A stretch of 64,000 bases of DNA from Eledone cirrhosa (lineage: Eukaryota): contig OZ024742.1 of NCBI GenBank assembly GCA_964016885.1, forward strand, positions 90,892,001 through 90,956,000, given 5' to 3'. The notes beneath the pieces were generated by a model. That model searched no databases. It was not told the DNA's origin and saw only the letters and a program-made list of their open reading frames with translations. This document shows, piece by piece, positions 14,541 to 28,799 of the stretch. How positions within the stretch are numbered: the stretch's first letter is position 1; every line of letters begins with the position of its first letter. A program made the position numbers and the translations under genes.

Positions 14541-14572
<32 letters not shown>

Positions 14573-14594
14573 ATATATTATATATTATATATAT

Positions 14595-14625
<31 letters not shown>

Positions 14626-14844
14626 ATATATATATATATTATATATATATTATATATATATATATATTATATTATATAATATATATATATATTATATATA
14701 TATAGTTATATATATATATATATATATATTATTATATATATTATATATATATATATATTATATATATATATATATATTATATATATATATATATAATATA
14801 TATATATATATTATATATATATATATCTATATATATATAATATA

Positions 14845-15058
<214 letters not shown>

Positions 15059-15147
15059 TTATAATATATATATATATATATATATTATTTATATATATAT
15101 TTTATATATATTATATATAATATATATATATATATTATATTATATAT

Positions 15148-15282
<135 letters not shown>

Positions 15283-15934
15283 TACTATCTCTAATATACT
15301 CTCTAATACTACACACTACTCACTCACACACACTCACATCATCTACAACACTCACACACTCTCATCACAACACTCCACACACACACCACACAACTCACAC
15401 TACACTCACACTAATCTATACTACTACTATCTCTACTCTATACTAACACTCACAACCACACACCACACACAACACCACACAACACCACCACACTCTACAC
15501 ACACACTATCACTCACATCCACACACACACACAACACTCACACACACACACACACACACTCACACACAGCACACTACACACACACACCACTCACACCACA
15601 CACACACACACACACACACATAGAACACAAAGAAACCGAAAGGAGCTGTCTTCGGTTACAAAAACCCCCCAGGTTCTCAGGTGGTGGTTAGACGGCAGCC
15701 AGGAGGAGAAAGGAAGAACGGAGTTTTCATCGACAGACTATATCATTAATAAGCCCGGCCTCTACGGGACTAGAACTGTTTCATTTCGGGAGAAATCATC
15801 AGGGCTTCCTGATGATTTCTCCCGAATGAAACAGTTCTAGCCCTGTAGACGCCTTTCTATATTAAATATTTATACACCGCTTTGTATTGAGTACCTTACT
15901 TACTGTGATTACCCCCGATTGAACCCGGGATAAA

Positions 15935-15979
<45 letters not shown>

Positions 15980-16768
15980 TATGTATGTATATTTATAGAG
16001 AGAGAAAGAGAGAGAGAGAGTCTACAGTGCTAAGACCGAGGAGACCACTAATCATGAAGTACTCAATGCTTGGGCAGATGCAGAGTGCCTATAGAGACAA
16101 GTAAATCTTGGCGCCGCGTTCGGGATTTTACCTCTCTCTCTCCCTATATAATATATGTGTGTGTGTGTGTGTGTGTGTAGTTCAGGAATAAACAAAACAT
16201 ACACAGAGATACAAATCACAGTTTTATTAGGTTCACTCTCTTGAGAATAAAGATAAAGTAAAAAGAAGGAAGTAAAGAAATGACTGAATGAATCTGGTAT
16301 AATCCTTCATAAAAAAAAGAGCAAAGTTCGGAGGTTGGAAAACGTAGCTTGGAAGGTTGAAGAAAAAATTTTTTTATGATGGGTGAAGAGCACAGGCGAG
16401 AAGTCCGGCCTATTGCGGTAGAACAAGATATGGAGAATCCCAGTGTGTCATTGGTACTGTTACGTGTGTCAAATATTTCTTATTTGTGTTTGTGAGCGTG
16501 GTTGGGGTATTATTTATAGGAAGTTTGTGTCTGTATTTACGGGTGTGTCTGTGATTTTCTAATGTACTTTTCTGTGCGCTTATATTTACACGTGTATATG
16601 AGTATGCTTATGTATGGGTGTGTGTTGGGTTGTGGGGTGTGTTAATGGTATTTTCAGTGTGCTGGCCATGTGCCTAAATAATAAATAATTATGAATGACA
16701 GAAAGTATATATAGAGAAAGTAGCATGAAAGAAAGATGAATAACAATATATACGTATATACAAACAAG

Positions 16769-16806
<38 letters not shown>

Positions 16807-16810
16807 CATG

Positions 16811-16842
<32 letters not shown>

Positions 16843-16869
16843 CACACATATATATATATATGTACACAC

Positions 16870-17069
16870 NNNNNNNNNNNNNNNNNNNNNNNNNNNNNNN
16901 NNNNNNNNNNNNNNNNNNNNNNNNNNNNNNNNNNNNNNNNNNNNNNNNNNNNNNNNNNNNNNNNNNNNNNNNNNNNNNNNNNNNNNNNNNNNNNNNNNNN
17001 NNNNNNNNNNNNNNNNNNNNNNNNNNNNNNNNNNNNNNNNNNNNNNNNNNNNNNNNNNNNNNNNNNNNN
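16870..17069. other. Assembly gap (200 N)
   Basis: Run of N. Confidence 1.
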
Positions 17070-17087
17070 ATATATATATATATATAT

Positions 17088-17203
<116 letters not shown>

Positions 17204-17271
17204 ATATATATATATATTATATATATATTATATATATATATTATATTATATATATATATATTATATATATA

Positions 17272-17336
<65 letters not shown>

Positions 17337-17367
17337 ATATATATATATATATATTATATATATATAT

Positions 17368-17441
<74 letters not shown>

Positions 17442-17446
17442 ATATA

Positions 17447-17514
<68 letters not shown>

Positions 17515-17530
17515 TATATATATATTATAT

Positions 17531-17644
<114 letters not shown>

Positions 17645-17755
17645 ATATATTATATATATTATATATATATATATATTATATATATAATATATATATATAT
17701 ATTATATATATATATATATATTATATATATATATATTATATATATATATATTATA

Positions 17756-17896
<141 letters not shown>

Positions 17897-17975
17897 ATAT
17901 CTATATATAATATATATATATCTATATATATATAATATATATATATATATTATATATATATATATATAATATATA

Positions 17976-18028
<53 letters not shown>

Positions 18029-18134
18029 AAAAGTTATGAAACGAAAGGAGCTGTGTGGTTACAAAAACAAGGTTTAGGATGGTGGTTGGGAAGGAGCAGG
18101 AGGAGAAGGGAAGAAAGGAGTTTTCATCGTCAGA

Positions 18135-18330
18135 TATATATTTAATATAGAAAGGCCTCTACGGGACTAAAACTGTTTCATTCGGGAGAAATCATCAGGG
18201 CTTCCTGATGATTTCTCCCGAATGAAACAGTTCTAGCCCTGTAGACGCCTTTCGATATTAAATATTTATACTCCGCTTTGTATTAAGTATCTTACTTACT
18301 GTGATTACCCCCGATTGAACCCGGGATAAA

Positions 18331-18333
<3 letters not shown>
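18135..18333. mobile_element. Fold-back with two back-to-back hammerhead motifs (duplicated at ~15740-15935)
   Basis: gggcttc-CTGATGA-tttctcccgaat-GAAA-cagttctagccctg-TA-gacgcc on +, mirrored immediately upstream on -. Stems I and II are imperfect. Confidence 0.6.
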
Positions 18334-18415
<82 letters not shown>

Positions 18416-19198
18416 TTATAGAGAGAGAAAGAGAGAGAGAGAGTCTACAGTGCTAAGACCGAGGAGACCACTAATCATGGAAGTACTCAATGCTTGGGAA
18501 GATGCAGAGTGCCTATAGAGATAAGTAAAATCTTGGCGCCGCGTTCGGGATTTTACCTCTCTCTCTCCCTATATAATATATGTGTGTGTGTGTGTGTGTG
18601 TGTGTAGTTCAGGAATAAACAAAACATACACAGAGATACAAAATCACAGTTTTATTAGGTTCACTCTCTTGAGAATAAAGATAAAGTAAAAAGAAGGAAG
18701 TAAAGAAATGACTGAATGAATCTGCTATAAATCCTTCATAAAAAAAAGAGCAAAGTTCGGAGGTTGGAAAACGTAGCTTGGAAGGTTGAAGAAAAATTTT
18801 TTATGATGGGTGAAGAGCACAGGCGAGAAGTCCGGCCTATTGCGGTAGAACAAGATATGGAGAATCCCAGTGTGTCATTGGTACTGTTACGTGTGTCAAA
18901 TATTTCTTATTTGTGTTTGTGAGCGTGGTTGGGGTATTATTTATGGAAGTTTGTGTCTGTATTTACGGGTGTGTCTGTGATTTTCTAATGTACTTTTCTG
19001 TGCGCTTATATTTACACGTGTATATGAGTATGCTTATGTATGTATGGGTGTGTGTTGGGTTGTGGGTGTGTTAATGGTATTTTCAGTGTGCTGGCCATGT
19101 GCCTAAATAATAAATAATTATGAATGACAGAAAGTATATATAGAGAATCTAGCATGAAAGAAAGATGAATAACAATATATACGTATAATACAAACAAG

Positions 19199-19234
<36 letters not shown>

Positions 19235-19238
19235 CATG

Positions 19239-19270
<32 letters not shown>

Positions 19271-19327
19271 CACACATATATATATATGTACACACATATA
19301 CATATATATATATACATACATACACAC

Positions 19328-19360
<33 letters not shown>

Positions 19361-19406
19361 TATATACCACACACATATATATATATATACACACACATAT
19401 ATATAT

Positions 19407-19494
<88 letters not shown>

Positions 19495-19978
19495 TTAAAA
19501 TCACGAGTTTGTTCGAATATCGTGAGATTTGTAATAGAGGGAAAGAGTAATTATTGTAATGGCATTTCTTTCACGTTACCAGCAAACACTGAGAATCAAT
19601 ATAAGAAACTTGGTCAACATTCTCCAGAGAGGGAAAGTATTGGGGCGCCCCCATTCAAAGGCAGATGATATCTAGTCATGTTCGGAGGAAAGTGTGAAAT
19701 AATCTGCACAACATCCATCGTTCATAAAGCTCACGCGAACTCGCGCGCGCGCACACACACACACACACACAAATATGTATATTTTGTAGGACCTCGAGTA
19801 CACCTGTTGATTTAATCAAAAGAACTGCCTGCTCGTGAAATTAGCGTGTAAGTGTCCGTACATTCTACAGACATAGCTTTCAAGGAGATTCAGTGTGACA
19901 CAATATATGACAAGGCGGATATACCGCTTTTTTGCTAGATGTAGGTGAGTGGACAGGAGCAAGAAGAAATGCACACAT

Positions 19979-20035
<57 letters not shown>

Positions 20036-20829
20036 CACGCACACACACACACGCCCATACGCCCACACACACACATATATATATATAAATATACGCATAC
20101 ACACACACATATATATATATGTATATATATATATACATTTATTTTAGTCTTCAAATTTATTATTATTACTATATATGTATATATACATATATATATACAT
20201 ACACACATACATATACATACACGCACACACAGAAATACATATATATTTGAGGATAGTCATGTTGCCAATATTAGCAATAGAAAGAAACACACGCACCATA
20301 TAATTTTCACTTTATATTTATTGTTCGTTATACATTTGTTTATGGATAGATACAGAGAAAGAGAGAGAAAGAGTAAGAGAGATGTTTGGCCCGAGCTGTG
20401 TGCGTGCGTGTAATCCATTTCTTAATTTTTAAATTCATAACGATGAAAGGTAATTTCACTGTTAGCTTCGTGGATTAGAAGGCTTGCAGCGCTATTGACT
20501 TCGCTAATGGGAGCCTAGTGTTAGATGACTATGTTAAACTGAGGGACTTATTAATTCTACAATGGAATTTGAACTCAGGAAACTAGCACCGATATTGCAA
20601 AGCATTTTATCAAATACCTTAAAATTTTCGCTAATCTACCGCTCATGACTGGTATTTTATTTTATAGACTCCATAGAATAGAAGACAAATTCACTTCGGC
20701 AGGATTTAAACTCAGAGTGCTGTGAGTCGGAACAAATTTCATATGGTAGTTTGTACTACACCCAACCGATTGCTCCGATATGATATATATCTCTCTTTTT
20801 GTGAATTTAACATCGATGAGGGTGCCAAG

Positions 20830-21960
20830 ACCCTCTACTGCCACGCATCCCAAGAGCCACCTGGCGGAATTCTGGGAACCCGGTTCCTTGCTTTTCTTCT
20901 CCCCATGTAGGACAGGTACAAAATGATTTGGTCCGTTTTGCAGGGGGCAACAGAATGCTTTATAGCAACGGCCTGAGTTTTGAAAAGCACCAAGATGCTC
21001 CCAAATTGTCTGGCCCTTTTTATATGGTCTATGTCATCATTATCGATGCATTTTAGTGCTGCCACTACTTGTCCTTCGGAGGCATTCTCGGCTTTTGGAG
21101 ATTTGACCGAAATGCATCGATATTATAAAGTTCTCCTCTCCTTTGCTGCCATTACCTCTGCCAGGACGTTTACATTAGCCCAGTTTTTCTCTCTTGTCAT
21201 GATTTTTCCCGCTTGGGCCAAACGTTCCTTTTTCTCTGTAAGGTCAAAATCGTACAGCGTTTGTCTTTTTTCTACAGTGACCGCGAAAGTACTCCTTTTG
21301 TTGATACAGTTGTTGTGGTCGTTCTTTCTGTTGTTGCTGTTTCGCTGTATTTCGTTGACTATATTGTTGTTGGTGTTGTCGTCTTTCTTATTGTTGTTGC
21401 TGGTGTTGTTGTCATTATTGCAGTTGTTGATGGTGTTGCTGTCGTTGTTCTTGTTGGTGTTGTCGCTGTTGCCGCTATTCTTGTTGTTGTTGTTCTCGGT
21501 GGAGTTGTTGTTGTTGTTACTTTCTAGCTTTCTTTCTTTGTTACTGTTGGTGCTATCGCTATTCATGTTCTTGGTGGTGTTGTTCATTTCGTGGTTGTTT
21601 TTGTTGTCATTGTTTCTGTTCTCTGTGTCTTGGTTGTCGTTGTTACAGTTGTTGTCGTTGTTTCTAATATTACTGTTCTCACTGTTGCTGCTGTCGTTGT
21701 TCATGTTGTTGCTATATGTGTTTGCATTATATATTTTTGTGTCAGCCGTGTCCCTCCTCTCAACGTTTAAGCCGCTGTCACACGACAGCAGACTTAAGGT
21801 AGGGGGTAACCATGCTTTGTTTTGTTTTGTATTTTTCAGAAATAAATGTTTATACAAAGTTCAAATATTTGGGCCAAAAGGCCCGAATATTATAGCGTCT
21901 CCCCTTTGAAAAAATCTGGAAATTCGCTACCTTGTGGAGCTCACAAAAAAACACGTCTTC
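20830..21960 (-). mobile_element. Tx1-type LINE 5' fragment (5' UTR + ORF1 N-terminus)
   Basis: ORFs 21123..21857 and 20835..21065 are homologous to 33596..34204 and 32330..33589 (LAQAxxxxxREKxWAN, AIKHSVxxC, YMG+R, +PxIPPG). Confidence 0.8.
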
Positions 21961-21984
21961 ACTGTCTGACAGCCAATAATAATG

Positions 21985-22023
<39 letters not shown>

Positions 22024-22036
22024 TGTATATATATAC

Positions 22037-22103
<67 letters not shown>

Positions 22104-22143
22104 CACATATGTATGTAAGTATGTACGTATGTATATATGTATA

Positions 22144-22659
22144 TGCCAGTTTAGTCGCCAACGACCCGACCATGGGACAGGTTTCTTGGTGAGGAGGGTG
22201 ACTTTGGACATCCTGCAGGACTAAAAACAAAACCTGTCAAAGGGCAAAGGAACTCTTAAGAGTCAATGGCCATCCAAAATCACCGGGAGAGATGACCCCT
22301 TAGCCTTTGTCAAGGCAGAATTCTAGGAGAAGGAAAACTCTGATGTAACACCTGCAACCCTGATGGTATCCATGTTGACTTGTTCTTCTTTTTGGTAAAT
22401 ATCATCTTGGTTAAGAGAGTGGGACTGGCTTTGTGCAGTGCCTTTGCTCACTATAAAAGCTTCACGGCACAGGCATTGCTTTATATCTGGAGATCTCTCT
22501 GCACTTGTCGTTACATGGTACCATGGGCCAAACACAATGTGTCAATAATTTCAAGTCGCTGGCTGGACTAAAAAGTCACACTCGTTCAGCGCATCGGTAG
22601 GGGTTCTCCTACATGGATATAAAGTAGTGGCCGTACTCGAAAACGAGTGGCAGCCCCCA

Positions 22660-22660
<1 letters not shown>
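22144..22660 (+). mobile_element. Second copy of the 4885-5450 element with an inverted 5' tip
   Basis: Body is near-identical to 4934-5450. The first ~38 bp are the reverse complement of 4889-4926. Confidence 0.75.
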
Positions 22661-22745
<85 letters not shown>

Positions 22746-22841
22746 CACACGTATGTATGTATGTATGTATGTATGTATGTATGTATGTATGTATGTATGT
22801 ATGTATGTATGTATGTATGTATGTATGTATGTATATATATA

Positions 22842-23272
22842 AGCAAAAGGGATATTCAAGTTGTTGGTAATTCAACAAATATAAAAGTTTATAACTGATT
22901 CAAAGCACTCGAAAAGGTTTCTGGAGTATAATATTCAATGATATTAAATAAATGGAGTCTATATTTATAAAACCATATTTATTCTATTATATATATTTCA
23001 ACGGTACAAACATTATGGTACGCTCTCATCAGATGAAATACAAAGTTTGTTTTATAAATATTGACTTAACCAGAAAAAAATACCTTAACGGTTCAAGTTT
23101 ATCCAGAAAAACTTGAACCGCTAAGGTATTTTTTCTGGTTATGTCAATATTTATAAAACAAACTTTGTATTTTATCTGATGAGTGCGTAACAAAGTTTTG
23201 GTACCCTTTAAATATATATAATAGAATAAATATGATTTTATAAATATACTCTCCATTTATTTAATATCATTG
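22842..23272. mobile_element. Fold-back hammerhead element related to 1580-1705
   Basis: ~22936-23065 is inverted at ~23143-23272. Minus strand reads CTGATGA-gagcg...cgtt-GAAA-tatata-TA-atagaat (22981-23040). Shares aataaatatggttttataaat...ccatttatttaatat with 1660-1705. Confidence 0.7.
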
Positions 23273-23274
23273 TA

Positions 23275-23339
<65 letters not shown>

Positions 23340-23512
23340 GGTAAACAGAAATAACACAATAACACAATCGGTACAACAGTATATGGAAGGAAGTATATAT
23401 AGGTTAACGCTGAAGTATATATAGTATATATATATATATATATATTATATATAGTATATATATATGTATATATATATGATGTATTATATATATGTATATA
23501 TATATGTATATA

Positions 23513-23585
<73 letters not shown>

Positions 23586-23672
23586 GTATATATATATATA
23601 TATATATATAGTATATATATGTATAGTATATATATATATGTATATATATATGTATATATATGTATATATATG

Positions 23673-23707
<35 letters not shown>

Positions 23708-23737
23708 TATGTATATATATATATATATATATGTGTA

Positions 23738-23799
<62 letters not shown>

Positions 23800-23813
23800 A
23801 TATATATGTATGA

Positions 23814-23845
<32 letters not shown>

Positions 23846-23943
23846 GTGTGTGTATATATATATATGTATGTATATATATATGTATGAATATATACATATA
23901 TATACATATATATATATATGTGTATATATATATATATGTATGT

Positions 23944-23984
<41 letters not shown>

Positions 23985-23992
23985 TATGTATG

Positions 23993-24023
<31 letters not shown>

Positions 24024-24054
24024 GTGTGTGTATCTATGTGTGTGTATGTATATA

Positions 24055-24091
<37 letters not shown>

Positions 24092-24095
<4 letters not shown>

Positions 24096-24785
24096 AAAGT
24101 TTGTCCTTCATCAGTGATCTTCCAACTATCATAGGTATTTCATCGCTTTAAAGACCATATACCTCAGGTTGGTGCGAGCAACAGCTAAAAAAGTCGTTGG
24201 GACACGTAAATAAAGGGGACGCGAGGGTAAAGAAACAAAATGGTGAGGCAACAGAAAGTGAGGAAGGAGGAAACAAGTCCCAGATTTCTATGAATCTAAG
24301 TTCGGTGAAATCGTGAACGAGAGAATAAAGACCATCAAACCTGGTTGAAATGTGAGCAAGGAAGGAATTTCGCACAGGTCTAACGGGAGGAAGAAGGGGT
24401 CTAGTCTGCGAATTCGGTAAACATAAGTTCTGTGAAATCGTAGACGCGAGAGAAAAAATTCCGACCAGCTTGGCCGAGAATGTGAGAGAAAAGAGTTACT
24501 CACAGGTCAAACGGGAAGAAAGAAGAGGAGGAGGAGAGGTAGTGACAGAGAATGAGTGAGTGAAGGGCGAGGAAGAGACTAACAGAGAGAGAGACTGCTA
24601 GAAAGGGTAAAGATACATAGAACGAAAAAGACGGTGTAGCAGCAGAGGAAAAAATATGTGTAAATATGATAATAAGGGCGCTGCGGAGTTGCAAATGGGT
24701 TACATATGAAAAATGTTTGTCCTTCATCAGTGATCTTCCAACTATCATAGGTATTTCATCGCTTTAAAGACCATATACCTCCGGT
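24092..24785 (-). mobile_element. Terminally redundant ~617-nt non-coding element with hammerhead-like motifs
   Basis: 24092-24165 is directly repeated at ~24708-24781. Homologous to 55657-56244. (TA)n flanks. Confidence 0.7.
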
Positions 24786-24794
24786 ATATATATA

Positions 24795-25340
24795 TTGTTA
24801 TACATTGGGAGAGTCATGTTGCCAATAAAAAACACACGCACCAGTTGCTTACACTTCAATTTATTATAATAAATTTATAAATTTAGGAATTTATAAATTT
24901 CCGGTTGGTTGGTTGGTTCCACAACCAGATGGTTATTTATATATTGTCAAAGTTCTTTCGTCACACATTCTGTGACCTCTTCAGTGACTGGGCATTGTTT
25001 TCTTTGTTTTTTGTTGCCCCTCCTTTGTTCTGTCACACAAAAACAAGATGGCGTAGGACAGAACAAGGGAGAGGCACAAAAAACAAAGAAAAGAATCCCC
25101 AGTCACTGAAGAGGTCACAGAATATGTGACGAAAGAACTTTGACAATATATAAATAACCATCTGGTTGTGGAACCAACCAACCAACCGGAAATTTATAAA
25201 TTTATTATAATAAATTGAAGTGAAAGCAACTGGTGCGTGTGTTTTTTATTGGCAACATGACCCTCCCAAAGTATAACAATATCGGTTTCAACACACGTTT
25301 TCAGATAAAGAATCTTGCTAAATAAATTCAGAAACGAAAT
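24795..25340. mobile_element. Fold-back hammerhead element related to the 421-1705 pLTR (solo copies ~27020-27225, ~20255-20330)
   Basis: 24795-~25035 is inverted at ~25058-25282. Shares gaccctccc..aagtataacaatat..gtttcaacacacg with 1517-1556. Confidence 0.8.
25102..25144 (+). ncRNA. Minimal type I hammerhead (inverted copy 24946-24988)
   Basis: gtca-CTGAAGA-g-gtcaca-gaata-tgtgac-GAAA-gaac-TT-tgac. Perfect stems I and II. Confidence 0.75.
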
Positions 25341-25383
25341 ATATATATATATATAAATATGTATGCATGTATGTTTGTAAGTG

Positions 25384-25485
<102 letters not shown>

Positions 25486-25625
25486 TCTGTGTTTGTATGT
25501 AATTTATGTATGTATATATATATTTATATATAGTCATATATATGTATATATGTGTGTTTATATATATATGTATGTATGTATGTATGTATATATATATATA
25601 TGTATGTATGTATGTATGTATATAT

Positions 25626-25685
<60 letters not shown>

Positions 25686-26834
25686 ATATATAGATATATA
25701 GATAGAGATATAAATATACGACGTTCAAAAAAAAAAGATTTACATCTAACACGAATAGCCAAAACTGAAATATGTCTCTAGTGTAAAACGCTAAGTTAAT
25801 TTGTACGCCTGGAAAAACTGGTAATAACGTAGCAAATAATCTGAAAAGCAATATGTTCTGATTTACAATATTGCTTTGTTTATTAGATGGACCTTTGACA
25901 GGCGAATCGAAGAAAAGTTGAGATCGACTTGAGTCCACGAAGCTAGCACGATATATAAATGATAAAAATCAAAAGAGATTTTCACAAATCTCAACAAGTA
26001 AAACAATAGTTTTAGTCCTTTTCTACTTCTATCGGGATAACTTCGAGGAGGTGTCACACAGATTAGTTATAATTGTAATATCTGAAATTGTCTAAAGAAC
26101 ATAAGATTGAAGTCCATTTTACACCTAGATAATTCTATTTGAAGCAGACGGTTGTAAAGTTGTAGTTCATAAATGCGAAGAAAAAAGAAATATCAAGGAA
26201 ATTGTATATTAGCTTACAATCACGAAATTGAACAGATGAATATTGTGTTTAGGGAGATTTTTATAATTGACTAAATTGCTTTTCGAGAAAGCGCTCAAGT
26301 TTTCTTTTTGACATGTTTCGAAAGCTGTTTGAAGGAATTATTGGATTCTTTAAACTGTGTAGAATGACCCAAGTATAGCAGAAAAGGGAGAATCAATATA
26401 TTATGATGTTCGTGATTTCGAAAATATATTATCAGCAGAAGTGAGGGGAACTTACATTAAGTGATAAATGAAACCATTTCATTGTCCCGAGTCTCGAGCT
26501 GCTTACCACTTGCTCCACAGTAGCCGTGTCAAATATTTAGTAATTTCTCTTACTCAACACAGTCTAAAAAATATAGACTCGGGGGAAGAAACAGTTGATT
26601 AAATAGTTTTCAGTACATGATAGGTAGTTATTTTATTGAGACTAAAATTATGAACAACAAATCGATCTCAGTTCCAGTTGAACCCAGAACGTAAACAATC
26701 CATACTCAGTATGAGCATATTTCACCTTTTCATTCTGCTATCCATACTTCAAAAAGTAAAATGATCTGGATAATAGGAAATTATAAAAGAACAGATGTGC
26801 GGCTATCAGCAAGCAGCACAATTACACCCCCCCC

Positions 26835-26867
<33 letters not shown>

Positions 26868-27222
26868 TATATATATACATATAAATATATAGTTGAATAA
26901 ATGAACAGAGAACAAAAAACAGAGAGGCAGTACAAATAATATGCTTTTTAGTTTCACGCTTGAGAGTGGGGGCTGGATATATATATATGTATATATATAT
27001 ATACATATAAATATATATGAACAATCGTCTGGTTGTGGAACCAACCAACCAACCGGAAATTTATAAATTCCTAAATTTATAAATTTAATTTATAATAAAT
27101 TGAAGTGAAACAACTGGTGCGTGTGTTTCTTATTGGCAACATGACGCTCCCAAAGCATAACAATATCGGTTTCAACACACGTTTTCAGATAAAGAATCTT
27201 GCTAAACAAATTCAGAAACGAA

Positions 27223-27270
<48 letters not shown>

Positions 27271-27274
<4 letters not shown>

Positions 27275-27632
27275 GAAGTAATTCCGTCGGAAAAGTCCAG
27301 GAAAAAAGAGTGCTCTATGTAGGTAACAGAGCTTAATAGTTATGTAATAAACAACATAAGGCAATTATTTCATTTACCAGTGGTTTCTTAAAAGCAAAAA
27401 AATGTTGCTTTCAATCATCAGAATGAAAAAATCCTGGTGTATTTATTGAATGTGTATTCAATAAATACACCAGGATTTTTTCATTCTGATGATTGAAAGC
27501 AACATTTTTTTGCTTTTAAGAAACCACTGGTAAATGAAATAATTGCCTTATGTTGTTTATTACATAACTATTAAGCTCTGTTACCTACATAGAGCACTCT
27601 TTTTTCCTGGACTTTTCCGACGGAATTACTTC

Positions 27633-27634
<2 letters not shown>
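27271..27634. mobile_element. Near-perfect ~360-bp palindrome with two opposed hammerheads, inside (TA)n
   Basis: Centre near 27453. + strand 27479-27539: tttcatt-CTGATGA-ttgaaagcaa...ttgcttttaa-GAAA-ccactgg-TA-aatgaaa; mirror copy at 27368-27428. Confidence 0.85.
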
Positions 27635-27684
<50 letters not shown>

Positions 27685-28086
27685 TCTCTCTCTGTTCCCT
27701 TACCACTTTCCTCCTACTCACTTCCGTTTTCTTTCCTCTCTTCCTCTTTGCGCCTGTTCTTACTATGATGAGACGTTTTTTTGTGTCTCTCTCCCGCGTG
27801 CTCTCTCCCTGGTTACAGCAACTTACATGTACTGCTGTCTCGTCGTTCTCTTCGTTATCATATGTGTGTTTTTGTTCTCCGGAAGCTATCGCTCTTGGTT
27901 ATCAACGCATGTACACAGGCGAAAAAATTATATATTTTCGCTAGATTCAAATTCCAGCGGATAGCAGGGTGGTGTAAGAACTGTCCTGGTGATGGCTGTA
28001 AGCCAGAAGCGCGTTGAAAGTTATCCGCTACTGCTTTTGGTGGAGTCCGCTAGACGACGCTAGTGGACAGCTTTTAAATATCCATA

Positions 28087-28152
<66 letters not shown>

Positions 28153-28378
28153 CGTAGGTGTTTTGTATGTATGTAAGCCTTCCGGTGAGTTTATCCGAAC
28201 TTAATAACCGACATCAGCCATAACGCCAAAGCAATAGAAACCGTTACAAATGATGTCGATGACGGGGATAATACAAACTAAGATCAATAACAACAATGGG
28301 ATGAATTAATAAGAAAAAGGTCATCAATTTTGAAAATACTTCAGGGTAGTAGCATTAGGAAATAATAACAATAATAAC

Positions 28379-28428
<50 letters not shown>

Positions 28429-28799
28429 TTTCTTTATTAACCACAAGGGTTTACATAAAATAGACATTAAGGACAGTGCAGGACAATACAGGAGGGTACT
28501 AATGGGCATTTCTGCGTGTAAAAAACAAAAACAGAGGATGTAACAAAAAATAACAAGGGCCGACAATACAAAGACAGGGCAGTGTGGGTTTACAATAAGG
28601 TCGAGTAAAAGTGCACAATGGCAAGACTAATTTAACAATGTAGATATAAAAAATATAAAGTAAACTATGCATAAATATAACAAAATAAATTCCCCGATAG
28701 GGGTGGACGACCCTGGGGTGACTCGGGTACCCCACCAATCCTGAACCACCCTGCGCTTCTAGGGCACCCAGGGAGAGCACCCCTCTCCTCAGGTGAGCT

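Noticed and set aside
20980-21909. 309-aa hydrophobic + strand ORF (and 32463..33158)
   Set aside because: Antisense shadows of the Asn/Thr-rich Tx1 ORF1.
25730-26400. Coding-like decayed stretch (also 55235-55560)
   Set aside because: No recognisable motif; cannot be assigned without a homology search.
27935-27980. Possible micro-exon (ttttcgctag ... gtaag)
   Set aside because: Splice-like signals only; no homology or transcript support visible.
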